Below are positions 53,330-62,144 of a stretch of 64,000 bases of DNA, piece by piece. This stretch comes from Gammaproteobacteria bacterium (lineage in GTDB: Bacteria > Pseudomonadota > Gammaproteobacteria > Pseudomonadales > Azotimanducaceae). A program made the translations under genes and the position numbers. The notes beneath the pieces are model-generated. The model was not told where the DNA came from, made no database searches, and saw only the letters and a list, made by a program, of their open reading frames with translations. Position 1 is the first letter of the stretch. Every line of letters starts with the position of its first letter. Location: the NCBI GenBank assembly GCA_009840305.1, contig VXNY01000022.1, forward strand, positions 14,042 to 78,041, given 5' to 3'.

Positions 53330-54538
53330 CTAGTCAAAAGGATGCCAAATCGGTACGAGTGTTCGTGCCTCTCGTCCGCTTCCCGAAGTTGTGTCCATAG
53401 CAATATCTACTAAACTTACGACAGTTTCTCCTTCGCACAATACCGGCCAGCCGTCTCTAAGCCATGGAGGAATAGACGATTCCTGAAACAGGTTCGCGAG
53501 CTTCTTGTGCATACCTCCACCTGTTATCGACCGTTGATCTTCTTTTAGGTGAAGGCGATTGGTACACAGCAAAGTGCGCCCTTCTTCAAATCCCTGCTTC
53601 GAATTCTTCCAAGTCAAATTTCCGTTGTTTAATTGAATCGGTCTACCAACTTCGATTGTCAGCGGCGTAAACTCTTCGTAAACTTTTACTACATGTAGTC
53701 GTTTCCGATATCTACGGACAAATAAACCATCGGCGACCTTAATTTCGGGATTAGCATCAGCTTTTGCATCGACTTGTAGTTGGATTTCTCTCAATACTGA
53801 AGTCGGCGGGTTCACTTCGAAAGCCAACAACCACGCGCGGATGTCTTCAATGGTGAGTTCTTGATCGGGTAACTCGAGCGGTTCACGTTTGACTAATGGA
53901 AGCGTCGCCTGTTTTAGGTCGAGTATGCGATGCTTCCCCTGCGGAAATCGTTTTTGAAGTTGAGGTACCAATTCATGGCGAATCCAATTTCGATCAAAGC
54001 TCGTGTCCTTGTTACTTTCGTCTTCTATCCACGTTAGTTCATGTTGTTTTGCATATGCTTCTAGCTCCTGTTTTTCCACATGAAGTAACGGACGACACAG
54101 TGTTCCCGAACCTAACGGGCGGGTTTCGGGTATTCCAATCATCGCACGTCCGGTAAAGAATTGCCAGACCAAAGTTTCAATGTCGTCATCTAGCTGGTGT
54201 GCTGTGAACAAGAAATCGTCCGATCCGACACGCTGTCGAAACATTGAATAACGAGACAAGCGGGCTTGATATTCCAGATTTCCCGTCAAGACTTCAACCT
54301 CGTCCACAGTGAGATCAACCTGCCAATGATCAGTAGTCCGCATACAGTGCTCCACCCAGCTGGCAGATATCGAGTTCAATTGATGGTTTATGTGTATTGC
54401 CCGACATCGTGAAGACCCAAATACTTGAATGCTAGCATGCAACAAGACTGTAGAGTCTAACCCGCCGCTATAAGCGATCCAAATCTTCGAGTTTGTCGGA
54501 AGATCAAGCGCGGTCAGTGCTACAAGAACAGGACACAC
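53330..54538 (-). CDS. tilS: tRNA(Ile)-lysidine synthetase
   Basis: 402 aa. The PP-loop IAYSGGLDSTVLLH is present. The position between pyrG-side genes and dnaE is as in pseudomonads. GTG start. Confidence 0.85.
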   Translation of the reverse strand: MCPVLVALTALDLPTNSKIWIAYSGGLDSTVLLHASIQVFGSSRCRAIHINHQLNSISASWVEHCMRTTDHWQVDLTVDEVEVLTGNLEYQARLSRYSMFRQRVGSDDFLFTAHQLDDDIETLVWQFFTGRAMIGIPETRPLGSGTLCRPLLHVEKQELEAYAKQHELTWIEDESNKDTSFDRNWIRHELVPQLQKRFPQGKHRILDLKQATLPLVKREPLELPDQELTIEDIRAWLLAFEVNPPTSVLREIQLQVDAKADANPEIKVADGLFVRRYRKRLHVVKVYEEFTPLTIEVGRPIQLNNGNLTWKNSKQGFEEGRTLLCTNRLHLKEDQRSITGGGMHKKLANLFQESSIPPWLRDGWPVLCEGETVVSLVDIAMDTTSGSGREARTLVPIWHPFD

Positions 54539-54544
54539 CGCGAG

Positions 54545-57500
54545 CTACAAGTCGTGGTAGTACGCGACTCGTACAGAGTCGCTTCCAAATTGATTCTTTA
54601 GTTCGTCCATCAGTTCTGGAGTGGCGCACACGTTCCATTCAGGGCTTAGCTCTAACTGCGTCGACCCACCATCGATAGCACAGTTAACTCGAACCGAACA
54701 CTCATTCGCGCGCCACGCACGTAGCGTATCGAGTAATACGCGCACTAAATCACTCTTTTCATTCTGATCCTGCATATCAATTTCCACTGTCGCGTGGTTT
54801 TCATTCCGAATCTTCGAGATCGTTGCAATCTTGGTAGTCTGTATGCGCTTGTCTTTGGTTTTTCGTTCAACTTTGACCGAAAAGTACGCGACCACAATCT
54901 CACCTGCTTTGGGTAAGTCTCGAGTCATCGCATTTTCAGCAAACAGGGACAGTTCTTTACTACCATGCTCGTCTTCGACTTGAACTCGAGTGACCTTCTT
55001 CCCAGAACGGGTTTCGCTCACTCGCGCGTCTTTAACCATACCCGCGACGGTACGTGTTTGATCGGGAGATACCTTGTCAATAGTCGTTAAATTGTGATGT
55101 GAGCACAGTTTCTGAAGTTCTGGGCGATATTCTTCGATTGGGTGACCGCTGACATAAAAGCCCAGAGTCTTACCTTCATCAAATAGTAGCTTGCGTAGCG
55201 CGATAGGTTCCACATCCGGCACAGGCACATTGTTCCCGCCTTCATCTGAAGCACCGAAGAGATCACCGAGCTTTTGTTTTTCGCGTTCAGCTCGTTGTTC
55301 CACCGCATGCGTCGCCGTATTTACTTGCGCGAGGAATTCGGCGCGTTTAGTGGAAATCGGCTTCTGCTCTTCAATGCAATCTAGAGCCCCTGCATGAATC
55401 AAGCTGACGAGGAGATTCCGGTTGCGCCGGTGAAAGTCTGACCTTTCACACAAGTCAAACAAAGATGTGAAAGCACCCGTGGAGCGGGCATCAACTATGC
55501 GCTGCGCTTCTTCCCGAGCAATACCTCGTACTGCTGCAAAACCCACGGTAATCTTGTCCTTATGTCCAACAAAATTCCACTCGCTCTCATTGACACTTGG
55601 TGGCACAATCTTTACATCTAGACGTTTTGCTTCGTCCATGAACAACTTGATCGTATCTCGTTCACTTTCACAGCTAGCTAAGGCTGCAAGAAACTCTGCT
55701 GGGTAGTAATACTTGAGGTACGCGGTCTGATAAGCGACAATGGCATAACCAACCGTATGAGCGCGATTAAATGCATATCGTGCAAACTTGCGCATGTCTT
55801 CATAAATCTCAAGAGCTACAGACTTTCGTACGTCATTTTGGACACATCCCTCGATGAATTTAGGTTGAAGTTCAAGCATCTCGGCTTCATTTTTCTTGCC
55901 CATTGCAGAGCGTAGCTTATCCGCTTCGCCCATCGAAAAACCTGCAAGTTCCCGTGCAAGATTCATTACATCCTCTTGATACACCATCAGCCCAAATGTT
56001 TTTGACAACACTTTTTCGTGGATCGGATGCAAATATTTGACATCTTCTAACTTGTTTTTGCGACGTATATACCGGTCGGTCACTCCGGTATCTAACGGTC
56101 CTGGACGAAATAGCGCGAGGAGCGCGATGAGATCTTCTAAGTCAGTGGGATTGAGATCTTTGACCTTCTGTCGCATTCCAATGGATTCCAATTGGAAGAT
56201 ACCTGTCGTCTCTCCTTCGTGCAGACTTTCAAACACTTTGGGATCGTCCATCGGTAAAGCCATCGGACTGAGAGGATCTTGCTTCTGGCGTTTGCGCTCG
56301 GAATTAATACTCTCCAATGCCGTGGCGATAACGGTCATGGTCTTGAGACCAAGAAAGTCGAACTTTACTAAACCAAGCTCTTCGACATCTTTTTTATCCA
56401 GTTGAGTAACTGACTCACTCTCCGACGTCTCAGTGTAGATTGGTACATATTGATCCAAGTCATCAGGCGCGATGACCACGCCCCCGGCATGTTTACCGCG
56501 ATTACGGACCAGGCCTTCGACTTCCATCCCCTTGCGTACGATGGTTTCTACGTCGGGATCTGATCGTACCATCGTTCCTAATTCCGACACTTCCGCGATT
56601 GCTTCGGCAATGGGAATCGGTTGAACGCCTCGAATCGGGATAAGTTGAGCGATTTTCTCTGCTAAACCCCTGGGTTTACCTAGCGCGCGAGCTGCGTCTT
56701 TAACTGCGACTTTTGATCCAAAGGTGTTGAAGGAGACAATTTGTGCAACGCTTGCGCGCCCGTACAAATTGGTGACGTATTCAATCACTTCATTCCGACG
56801 ATTCATACAAAAGTCAATGTCAAAATCGGGCAGCGAAACTCGTTCAGGATTAAGTAGTCGTTCAAACATCAATTCGTACTTAATGGGATCAATGTCGACA
56901 ATACCCAGTACATATGCAACCAAAGACGCCGCACCGGATCCCCGGCCTGGTCCAACAGGTATCTTTTGTTGCTTTGCCCACGAAACTATATCGCCTACTA
57001 TTAAAAAATAGCCGGCGAATCCCATCTGTTTAATCACTTCAAGTTCCCTTTGAAGCCGTTTGACATAGACTTCACGGTCAGAAATTTGCTTGGTTACTAC
57101 ATCATCTGTCTCGAATAGAACGTTTAATCGTTCGTGAGCAATTTCGTCGATCAGCTCTTCAGGCGTACCCTTCCGCTCAGTACGAAATTGAGGTAGATAA
57201 CGACCCGAAGGAATTTCTACAGTACATCGCTTAGCGATCTCGTTGGCGTTTTCTAACGCATCTGGTAAATCTTTAAAGAGATCTGACATTTCTTTTAGCG
57301 AACGCAAATATTGTTGTTCACTGCAGTACTTCTCGTGCGTCCCGTTTCCGATTCTCTGCTTATGTGCAACACAATATCGGGTCTCATGTGCGCTGTAATC
57401 TGACTGCTCGACGAATCGAACATCATTGGTAGCCACAAGAGGAATCCGATGTTCTTGAGCAAGGTCTACAGCGTGCGCGATGTATGCTTCCTCTTGATCC

Positions 57501-58006
57501 CAACCAGTTCGACTCAGTTCTAAGTAGAAACGACTCGAAAATATCTGCGATAGCTCAATGGCTGCCTGTGCTGCGCCCTTGATATCCGAATTTGCTACGA
57601 GCCTTCCGACTTTCCCCTGGATGCCGCCGGAGAGCGCAATCAATCCATCAGCGAGCGAAGTCAATTGTTGCATTGTGATACAACCATGAACCTCGTACTT
57701 TGTATACGCGATGGTCATGAGCTTGTAAAGATTTCTCAGACCATCTTGGTCCATAGCAAGTAATAAGAGACGATCTTGGTTTTTTGCGCCGTCCAATACA
57801 CGAACATCGGTACCAAAGATGGGTTTCACACCTTTTGCGCGCAGTTTGTGTTGAAACTGCCAACATGCAAAGAGATTGGTTAAATCAGTTAGTGCGACTG
57901 CAAAAATTTTGCGTGCTTTACATCTTTCGGCGAGTCGGTCTATGCGAACAACACTGTCAATAATTGAGTATTCGGTGTGTAGGGAAAGATGCGCAAACGA
58001 TTTCAT
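54545..58006 (-). CDS. dnaE: DNA polymerase III alpha subunit
   Basis: 1153 aa. It has the PHP domain start MKSFAHLSLHTEYSIIDS, the polymerase core (GPGRGSGAASLVAY, LPDFDIDF), and a C-terminal OB fold region. Confidence 0.97.
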   Translation of the reverse strand: MKSFAHLSLHTEYSIIDSVVRIDRLAERCKARKIFAVALTDLTNLFACWQFQHKLRAKGVKPIFGTDVRVLDGAKNQDRLLLLAMDQDGLRNLYKLMTIAYTKYEVHGCITMQQLTSLADGLIALSGGIQGKVGRLVANSDIKGAAQAAIELSQIFSSRFYLELSRTGWDQEEAYIAHAVDLAQEHRIPLVATNDVRFVEQSDYSAHETRYCVAHKQRIGNGTHEKYCSEQQYLRSLKEMSDLFKDLPDALENANEIAKRCTVEIPSGRYLPQFRTERKGTPEELIDEIAHERLNVLFETDDVVTKQISDREVYVKRLQRELEVIKQMGFAGYFLIVGDIVSWAKQQKIPVGPGRGSGAASLVAYVLGIVDIDPIKYELMFERLLNPERVSLPDFDIDFCMNRRNEVIEYVTNLYGRASVAQIVSFNTFGSKVAVKDAARALGKPRGLAEKIAQLIPIRGVQPIPIAEAIAEVSELGTMVRSDPDVETIVRKGMEVEGLVRNRGKHAGGVVIAPDDLDQYVPIYTETSESESVTQLDKKDVEELGLVKFDFLGLKTMTVIATALESINSERKRQKQDPLSPMALPMDDPKVFESLHEGETTGIFQLESIGMRQKVKDLNPTDLEDLIALLALFRPGPLDTGVTDRYIRRKNKLEDVKYLHPIHEKVLSKTFGLMVYQEDVMNLARELAGFSMGEADKLRSAMGKKNEAEMLELQPKFIEGCVQNDVRKSVALEIYEDMRKFARYAFNRAHTVGYAIVAYQTAYLKYYYPAEFLAALASCESERDTIKLFMDEAKRLDVKIVPPSVNESEWNFVGHKDKITVGFAAVRGIAREEAQRIVDARSTGAFTSLFDLCERSDFHRRNRNLLVSLIHAGALDCIEEQKPISTKRAEFLAQVNTATHAVEQRAEREKQKLGDLFGASDEGGNNVPVPDVEPIALRKLLFDEGKTLGFYVSGHPIEEYRPELQKLCSHHNLTTIDKVSPDQTRTVAGMVKDARVSETRSGKKVTRVQVEDEHGSKELSLFAENAMTRDLPKAGEIVVAYFSVKVERKTKDKRIQTTKIATISKIRNENHATVEIDMQDQNEKSDLVRVLLDTLRAWRANECSVRVNCAIDGGSTQLELSPEWNVCATPELMDELKNQFGSDSVRVAYYHDL

Positions 58007-58635
58007 AGCTGCTCAAACAGATCTCGAGGCTGAGAATTCATTTGCAGCGCGTCGGTCACCGGGCGGAACGATTTTCGATGAATTGGACAAGGGCCGTATG
58101 TTTTAAGCGCGTCAATGTGTTCTGCTGAATAGTAACCGAAATTCACATCAAATCCATATTCTGGATGTTGTTTTGCATATTCCATCATCACGCGGTCGCG
58201 TTCTACTTTAGCTAAGATGCTTGCGGCACCTATAGCTTCCACTTTCGCATCGCCTTTGACAACCGTTTGCGTGGGACAATTAATGCGGGGAGCTTGATTA
58301 CCGTCGATCATTACAAGTTCCAAAGGAACGTGTATCTCATCGAAGGCACGACTCATTGCGAGTAGCGTTGCATGAAGTATGTTCAGAGTGTCTATTTCTA
58401 CGACTTCGGCTCTCCCGATTGCCCAGGCTAACGCACAGTCTCTGATTTCCTGTGCGAGATTGTTACGCGTTGGAGGCGAAAGTTTCTTCGAGTCAGTGAT
58501 TCCGGTGATCTTGTTGTCGGGATCTAGTACAACTGCGGCGGCGATGACCGGACCGGCGAGTGGTCCGCGACCGGCTTCGTCGATTCCACATATACGATGG
58601 GTTGGCGGTAAGAGTGGATCTGGAAACAAACTCAT
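58003..58635 (-). CDS. rnhB: ribonuclease HII
   Basis: 210 aa. GIDEAGRGPLAGPV and DSKKLS motifs are present. The gene has 4-nt overlaps with lpxB and dnaE. Confidence 0.93.
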   Translation of the reverse strand: MSLFPDPLLPPTHRICGIDEAGRGPLAGPVIAAAVVLDPDNKITGITDSKKLSPPTRNNLAQEIRDCALAWAIGRAEVVEIDTLNILHATLLAMSRAFDEIHVPLELVMIDGNQAPRINCPTQTVVKGDAKVEAIGAASILAKVERDRVMMEYAKQHPEYGFDVNFGYYSAEHIDALKTYGPCPIHRKSFRPVTDALQMNSQPRDLFEQL

Positions 58636-59789
58636 GTACTAACAGCATTCTTACCAATCAGCTCTAACACTGCATTTGCTGCTCTTTCCGCGTTGTTTTG
58701 TCGTAGTGTGTGATGTAATCGATCGTATTCTGCGAAAAAGTCTTGCTCAGTTTGCGAACGGTGAAACTCCGTCACTAAATGCGACGCAAGAATCTCTGCT
58801 GTTGCTCGGTGCTGAATGAACTCCGGAACTACCTCTTGGTTAGCTAGGATGTTGGGTAGCGCAACTCGCGGTGTGTGAAGTAATGATCGAACGATCGCAT
58901 AGGTAAGCCAACCGATCCTATAAGTCACTACCATAGGAGTGCGTATCAACATGGCCTCTAAAGTGCTCGTACCCGACTTCACCAATGCCACATCTGCGGC
59001 CGCTAACACCAGTCGAGAGCTCTTCTCGGTAACTTTGAGGTCAACTTCTGGAAAGTGGCTGTGTTCGAGTCGCAGCGTCGCACTGGCGTCGGCTTGTCGA
59101 CTTGGGATAACGAATTGGCACAGTTCGTGAGTGAGTTTCATTCGAAACCGATCACACGTTTCTAGAAAGAGTTCCTTGTGAAAGTTCACTTCTGAGTAAC
59201 GACTTCCTGGCAACAGCGCTACCACGATTGAGCTTGACGACAGACCTAAAGATTGACGCGCGTGCTCTTTCGCAGATTCGCGATCACCGGTTGGATCGAT
59301 CTCGTCAGCCAAGGGATGACCCACAAAGACTGTCCTTATTTGTGCGTCGTCGTAATACTGGGGCTCAAAAGGATATAAGGTCAATAGTAAATCAGCACAT
59401 CTTTCGATCCGATTTGCGCGCCCGCGCCGCCATGCATAGACTGATGGGCTCACATAGTGCACGGTTGGGATTCCGCGAGCTTTAAGTTGTTTCTCAAGCT
59501 TAAGATTGAAAACGTTGAAGTCTACGCCAATCATGACATCCACGTTAGCAAGTCGATCTGCTAAAGAAGTTATGAGATTTAGCAACTCAGGTAACCGCTT
59601 AATCGGTTCTAAGAATCCATTGAACGAAAATCGATCAATAGATTCAAGCGATTTCAAGCCTTCTGACACCATCTGAGCACCGCCAACGCCAAGAAACTCG
59701 ATATCTGAATGTTGCCGGTACAGTGCGTGCATGAGTTGAGCTCCGAGTGCATCCCCGGAGGCTTCACCTGCTACTATGCCGATTTTCAT
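58632..59789 (-). CDS. lpxB: lipid-A-disaccharide synthase
   Basis: 385 aa. MKIGIVAGEASGDALGAQLM and the GT19 family layout are present. Confidence 0.9.
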   Translation of the reverse strand: MKIGIVAGEASGDALGAQLMHALYRQHSDIEFLGVGGAQMVSEGLKSLESIDRFSFNGFLEPIKRLPELLNLITSLADRLANVDVMIGVDFNVFNLKLEKQLKARGIPTVHYVSPSVYAWRRGRANRIERCADLLLTLYPFEPQYYDDAQIRTVFVGHPLADEIDPTGDRESAKEHARQSLGLSSSSIVVALLPGSRYSEVNFHKELFLETCDRFRMKLTHELCQFVIPSRQADASATLRLEHSHFPEVDLKVTEKSSRLVLAAADVALVKSGTSTLEAMLIRTPMVVTYRIGWLTYAIVRSLLHTPRVALPNILANQEVVPEFIQHRATAEILASHLVTEFHRSQTEQDFFAEYDRLHHTLRQNNAERAANAVLELIGKNAVST

Positions 59790-59906
59790 ACGTCAAATCT
59801 TGAGGTATCTGTAGCCCAGAAGATCGCTCACGCAACGGAGCTTGCAATCCAAGCGAGGAGAAGAACGGAATTGCGACGTTCGTCAAACATGAACGTCTTA
59901 TCGTTG

Positions 59907-60347
59907 TTAAATCTTGCGTGCGGCGACGAGCAATTCAGTCGTGCACGCCAATACGTCTCCAACGTAAGCATTACAGAGAAATTTTGACGTATCTCGACGT
60001 GAGTGAGTCACTTCACAAATCAAACGCAACACATCACCAGGTACTACCGGTCGTTTGAATCGAGCCTTATCGATACCGACAAGGTAATAAATATACCCGT
60101 CTTCTACGGGTTTGATTCCCCTGGAAATCGAAGCTAGAATACCTGACAATTGAGCCAATGCTTCGATTATTAGAACCCCTGGCATAATTGGATTACCCGG
60201 GAAGTGACCTTGAAAATGCGGTTCGTTGACTGTGACGTTCTTTACGCCAACTATTTTGTTCCCCGAATCGATTTCTTCTACGCGATCTACTAGAACGAAT
60301 GGATAGCGGTGCGGCAAGTACTCTTGAATCTGAATTGTGTCGAGCAT
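59907..60347 (-). CDS. fabZ: 3-hydroxyacyl-ACP dehydratase
   Basis: 146 aa. LPHRYPFVLVDRV and FQGHFPGNPIMPGVLIIEALAQ are present. Confidence 0.95.
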   Translation of the reverse strand: MLDTIQIQEYLPHRYPFVLVDRVEEIDSGNKIVGVKNVTVNEPHFQGHFPGNPIMPGVLIIEALAQLSGILASISRGIKPVEDGYIYYLVGIDKARFKRPVVPGDVLRLICEVTHSRRDTSKFLCNAYVGDVLACTTELLVAARKI

Positions 60348-60363
60348 GAATTTCTACTAGCAG

Positions 60364-61392
60364 TTATTCTTTTTCTTGAAGCTTCTGTTCCAGTTCCGCA
60401 ACTCTTTGCACTAGTTCTTCCAGCTTGGTCAATCTCAATGCATTTCTGCGCCATGACTCGATAGGAGAGTGTAAAGTCGCTCCTTGATACGTACCTGGTT
60501 TGTCGATCGAACGGCTAACGTAGGTCATTGCACCGATCGTTACCCCACTTGCTATGTTCAGTGGACCAGAACCGGCGATACCGACTCCTCCGGCCAGAAC
60601 ACAATGTGAACCAATCGTCACACTACCTCCTAAACCGGTACAGCCACACAGCATGGAATGTGCTCCTACGACGCAATTGTGCCCGATGTGAACTTGGTCA
60701 TCAAGCTTGACGCCGTCTTCAATGACTGTATTTTCGATCGCACCTCGATCTATTGTACTACTGGCCCCGACAACCACATCATTACCGATTTTAACGCCGC
60801 CGAGTTGCTTGATGTGTTGTAATTTACCATCAGCGTCAGGAATGAACCCAAATCCATCAGCACCAATTACGACGTTTGCTTGGATTGTACACCTTCGACC
60901 AATTTCTACGTTATCGTAAATGCTGACGCCACTGTGTACTTGAGCGTCCTCCCCTAATCTGCTCTCAGCACCGATGGAAGTGTGTGCACCGATCTTTACC
61001 CGATCGCCAAGAACCACATTAGGTCCGATTGACACATAAGGACCGATACCCACATCTGCTCCTATTTGGACGGTGCTATGTATATCAGTTTCAGTACTGA
61101 CCCCGTTTGGAATCGTTTCGTTGCGATGAAACAATTGCGAAGCTTTAGCATACGCAAGTGAAGGATTGTCTACAACCAGCGCATTGACCGGGCATTGATC
61201 AGCATCTCCTGACGCGAGAATCACAGCAGATGCTTGAGTCTCCTGCAGATAACTTCGGTAATATGGATTTGAAAGGTGAGTTAAATCGCCCTCTTGGGCA
61301 CTTAACAGGGTTGCGATATTGTGTATCGGAACTGAAGGACTGCCAATTAGAACCGCATCAATATGTCGTGCGATTTCATCTAGCTTGTACAC
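60364..61392 (-). CDS. lpxD: UDP-3-O-acylglucosamine N-acyltransferase
   Basis: 342 aa. An N-terminal LpxD domain is followed by a long run of hexapeptide (left-handed beta-helix) repeats and a C-terminal helix. Confidence 0.92.
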   Translation of the reverse strand: MYKLDEIARHIDAVLIGSPSVPIHNIATLLSAQEGDLTHLSNPYYRSYLQETQASAVILASGDADQCPVNALVVDNPSLAYAKASQLFHRNETIPNGVSTETDIHSTVQIGADVGIGPYVSIGPNVVLGDRVKIGAHTSIGAESRLGEDAQVHSGVSIYDNVEIGRRCTIQANVVIGADGFGFIPDADGKLQHIKQLGGVKIGNDVVVGASSTIDRGAIENTVIEDGVKLDDQVHIGHNCVVGAHSMLCGCTGLGGSVTIGSHCVLAGGVGIAGSGPLNIASGVTIGAMTYVSRSIDKPGTYQGATLHSPIESWRRNALRLTKLEELVQRVAELEQKLQEKE

Positions 61393-61419
61393 GTAGTGGC
61401 CACTACGTCTGGGCGGTGT

Positions 61420-62025
61420 TTACTCACCTCCCTCAGCAGAATCGTCAGCATCACCCGCTTCTGTATCGTCTTCAGTTTCCGTGAGTTCTTCGGGAAGCCC
61501 TTCTTCCATTCTCTCGTTTAGCTTCTCGATGACTTTCGCAGTAATGTTGTGCTTCGCATTCAAATGTAAGAATATCGGTTCTTGAATGTCAAGACGAAAA
61601 ATCGCATCGTACCCTTCGACGGCAATTAGGTCTGTCATGACTGCTTGAAATAAAGATGCTTGTTCTTGCAAATACAACTGAACCTTGCTGGCTTGATCTG
61701 CATCAAGCTGCTGTTGTCCGTTTTGGAGTCTCGTGGTTTTGCTGTTGATGTCAAGTTCCAATGCAGTTTTTTCGTTGTCCGACATAATGTCGATGTCCGT
61801 TCGGTATCTGTCAGACAATACGTTAATCTCGTCTCGCAAAGCCTTCAATCGATCGAATTCGGGTTTGTACTCTTTTTGCCACTCTTCTTGTTTTGCTTTT
61901 CCGTCTTCGGTTCCAAGAATGGCGGCAGTGGCACTGACCGCAGCGATTTTGAGTTGCGCGAACGCGGAGATACCAAACGTTACCAAAAAACAGACAACGC
62001 TGATACGAAAGATACGAGACATCAT
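61420..62025 (-). CDS. skp: periplasmic chaperone Skp (OmpH) with acidic C-terminal tail
   Basis: 201 aa. The signal peptide MMSRIFRISVVCFLVTFGISAFA is followed by coiled-coil-rich sequence. The gene sits between lpxD and bamA. Confidence 0.8.
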   Translation of the reverse strand: MMSRIFRISVVCFLVTFGISAFAQLKIAAVSATAAILGTEDGKAKQEEWQKEYKPEFDRLKALRDEINVLSDRYRTDIDIMSDNEKTALELDINSKTTRLQNGQQQLDADQASKVQLYLQEQASLFQAVMTDLIAVEGYDAIFRLDIQEPIFLHLNAKHNITAKVIEKLNERMEEGLPEELTETEDDTEAGDADDSAEGGE

Positions 62026-62144
62026 AGGAACTCCCTAATACTTGGAAAACATGGGCTGTGTATTCGCGCGGGAAGACAACAGCGAGAAAATTATAGGCAC
62101 TTTCGACATGATCGGATGATGTCCCATAAATGGTGCCAGGGCTA

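Noticed and set aside
59875-59897. Hairpin GACGTTC-N9-GAACGTC between fabZ and lpxB as an intrinsic terminator
   Set aside because: The stem is short, and no U-tract follows on the transcribed (minus) strand. fabZ and lpxB are normally co-transcribed.
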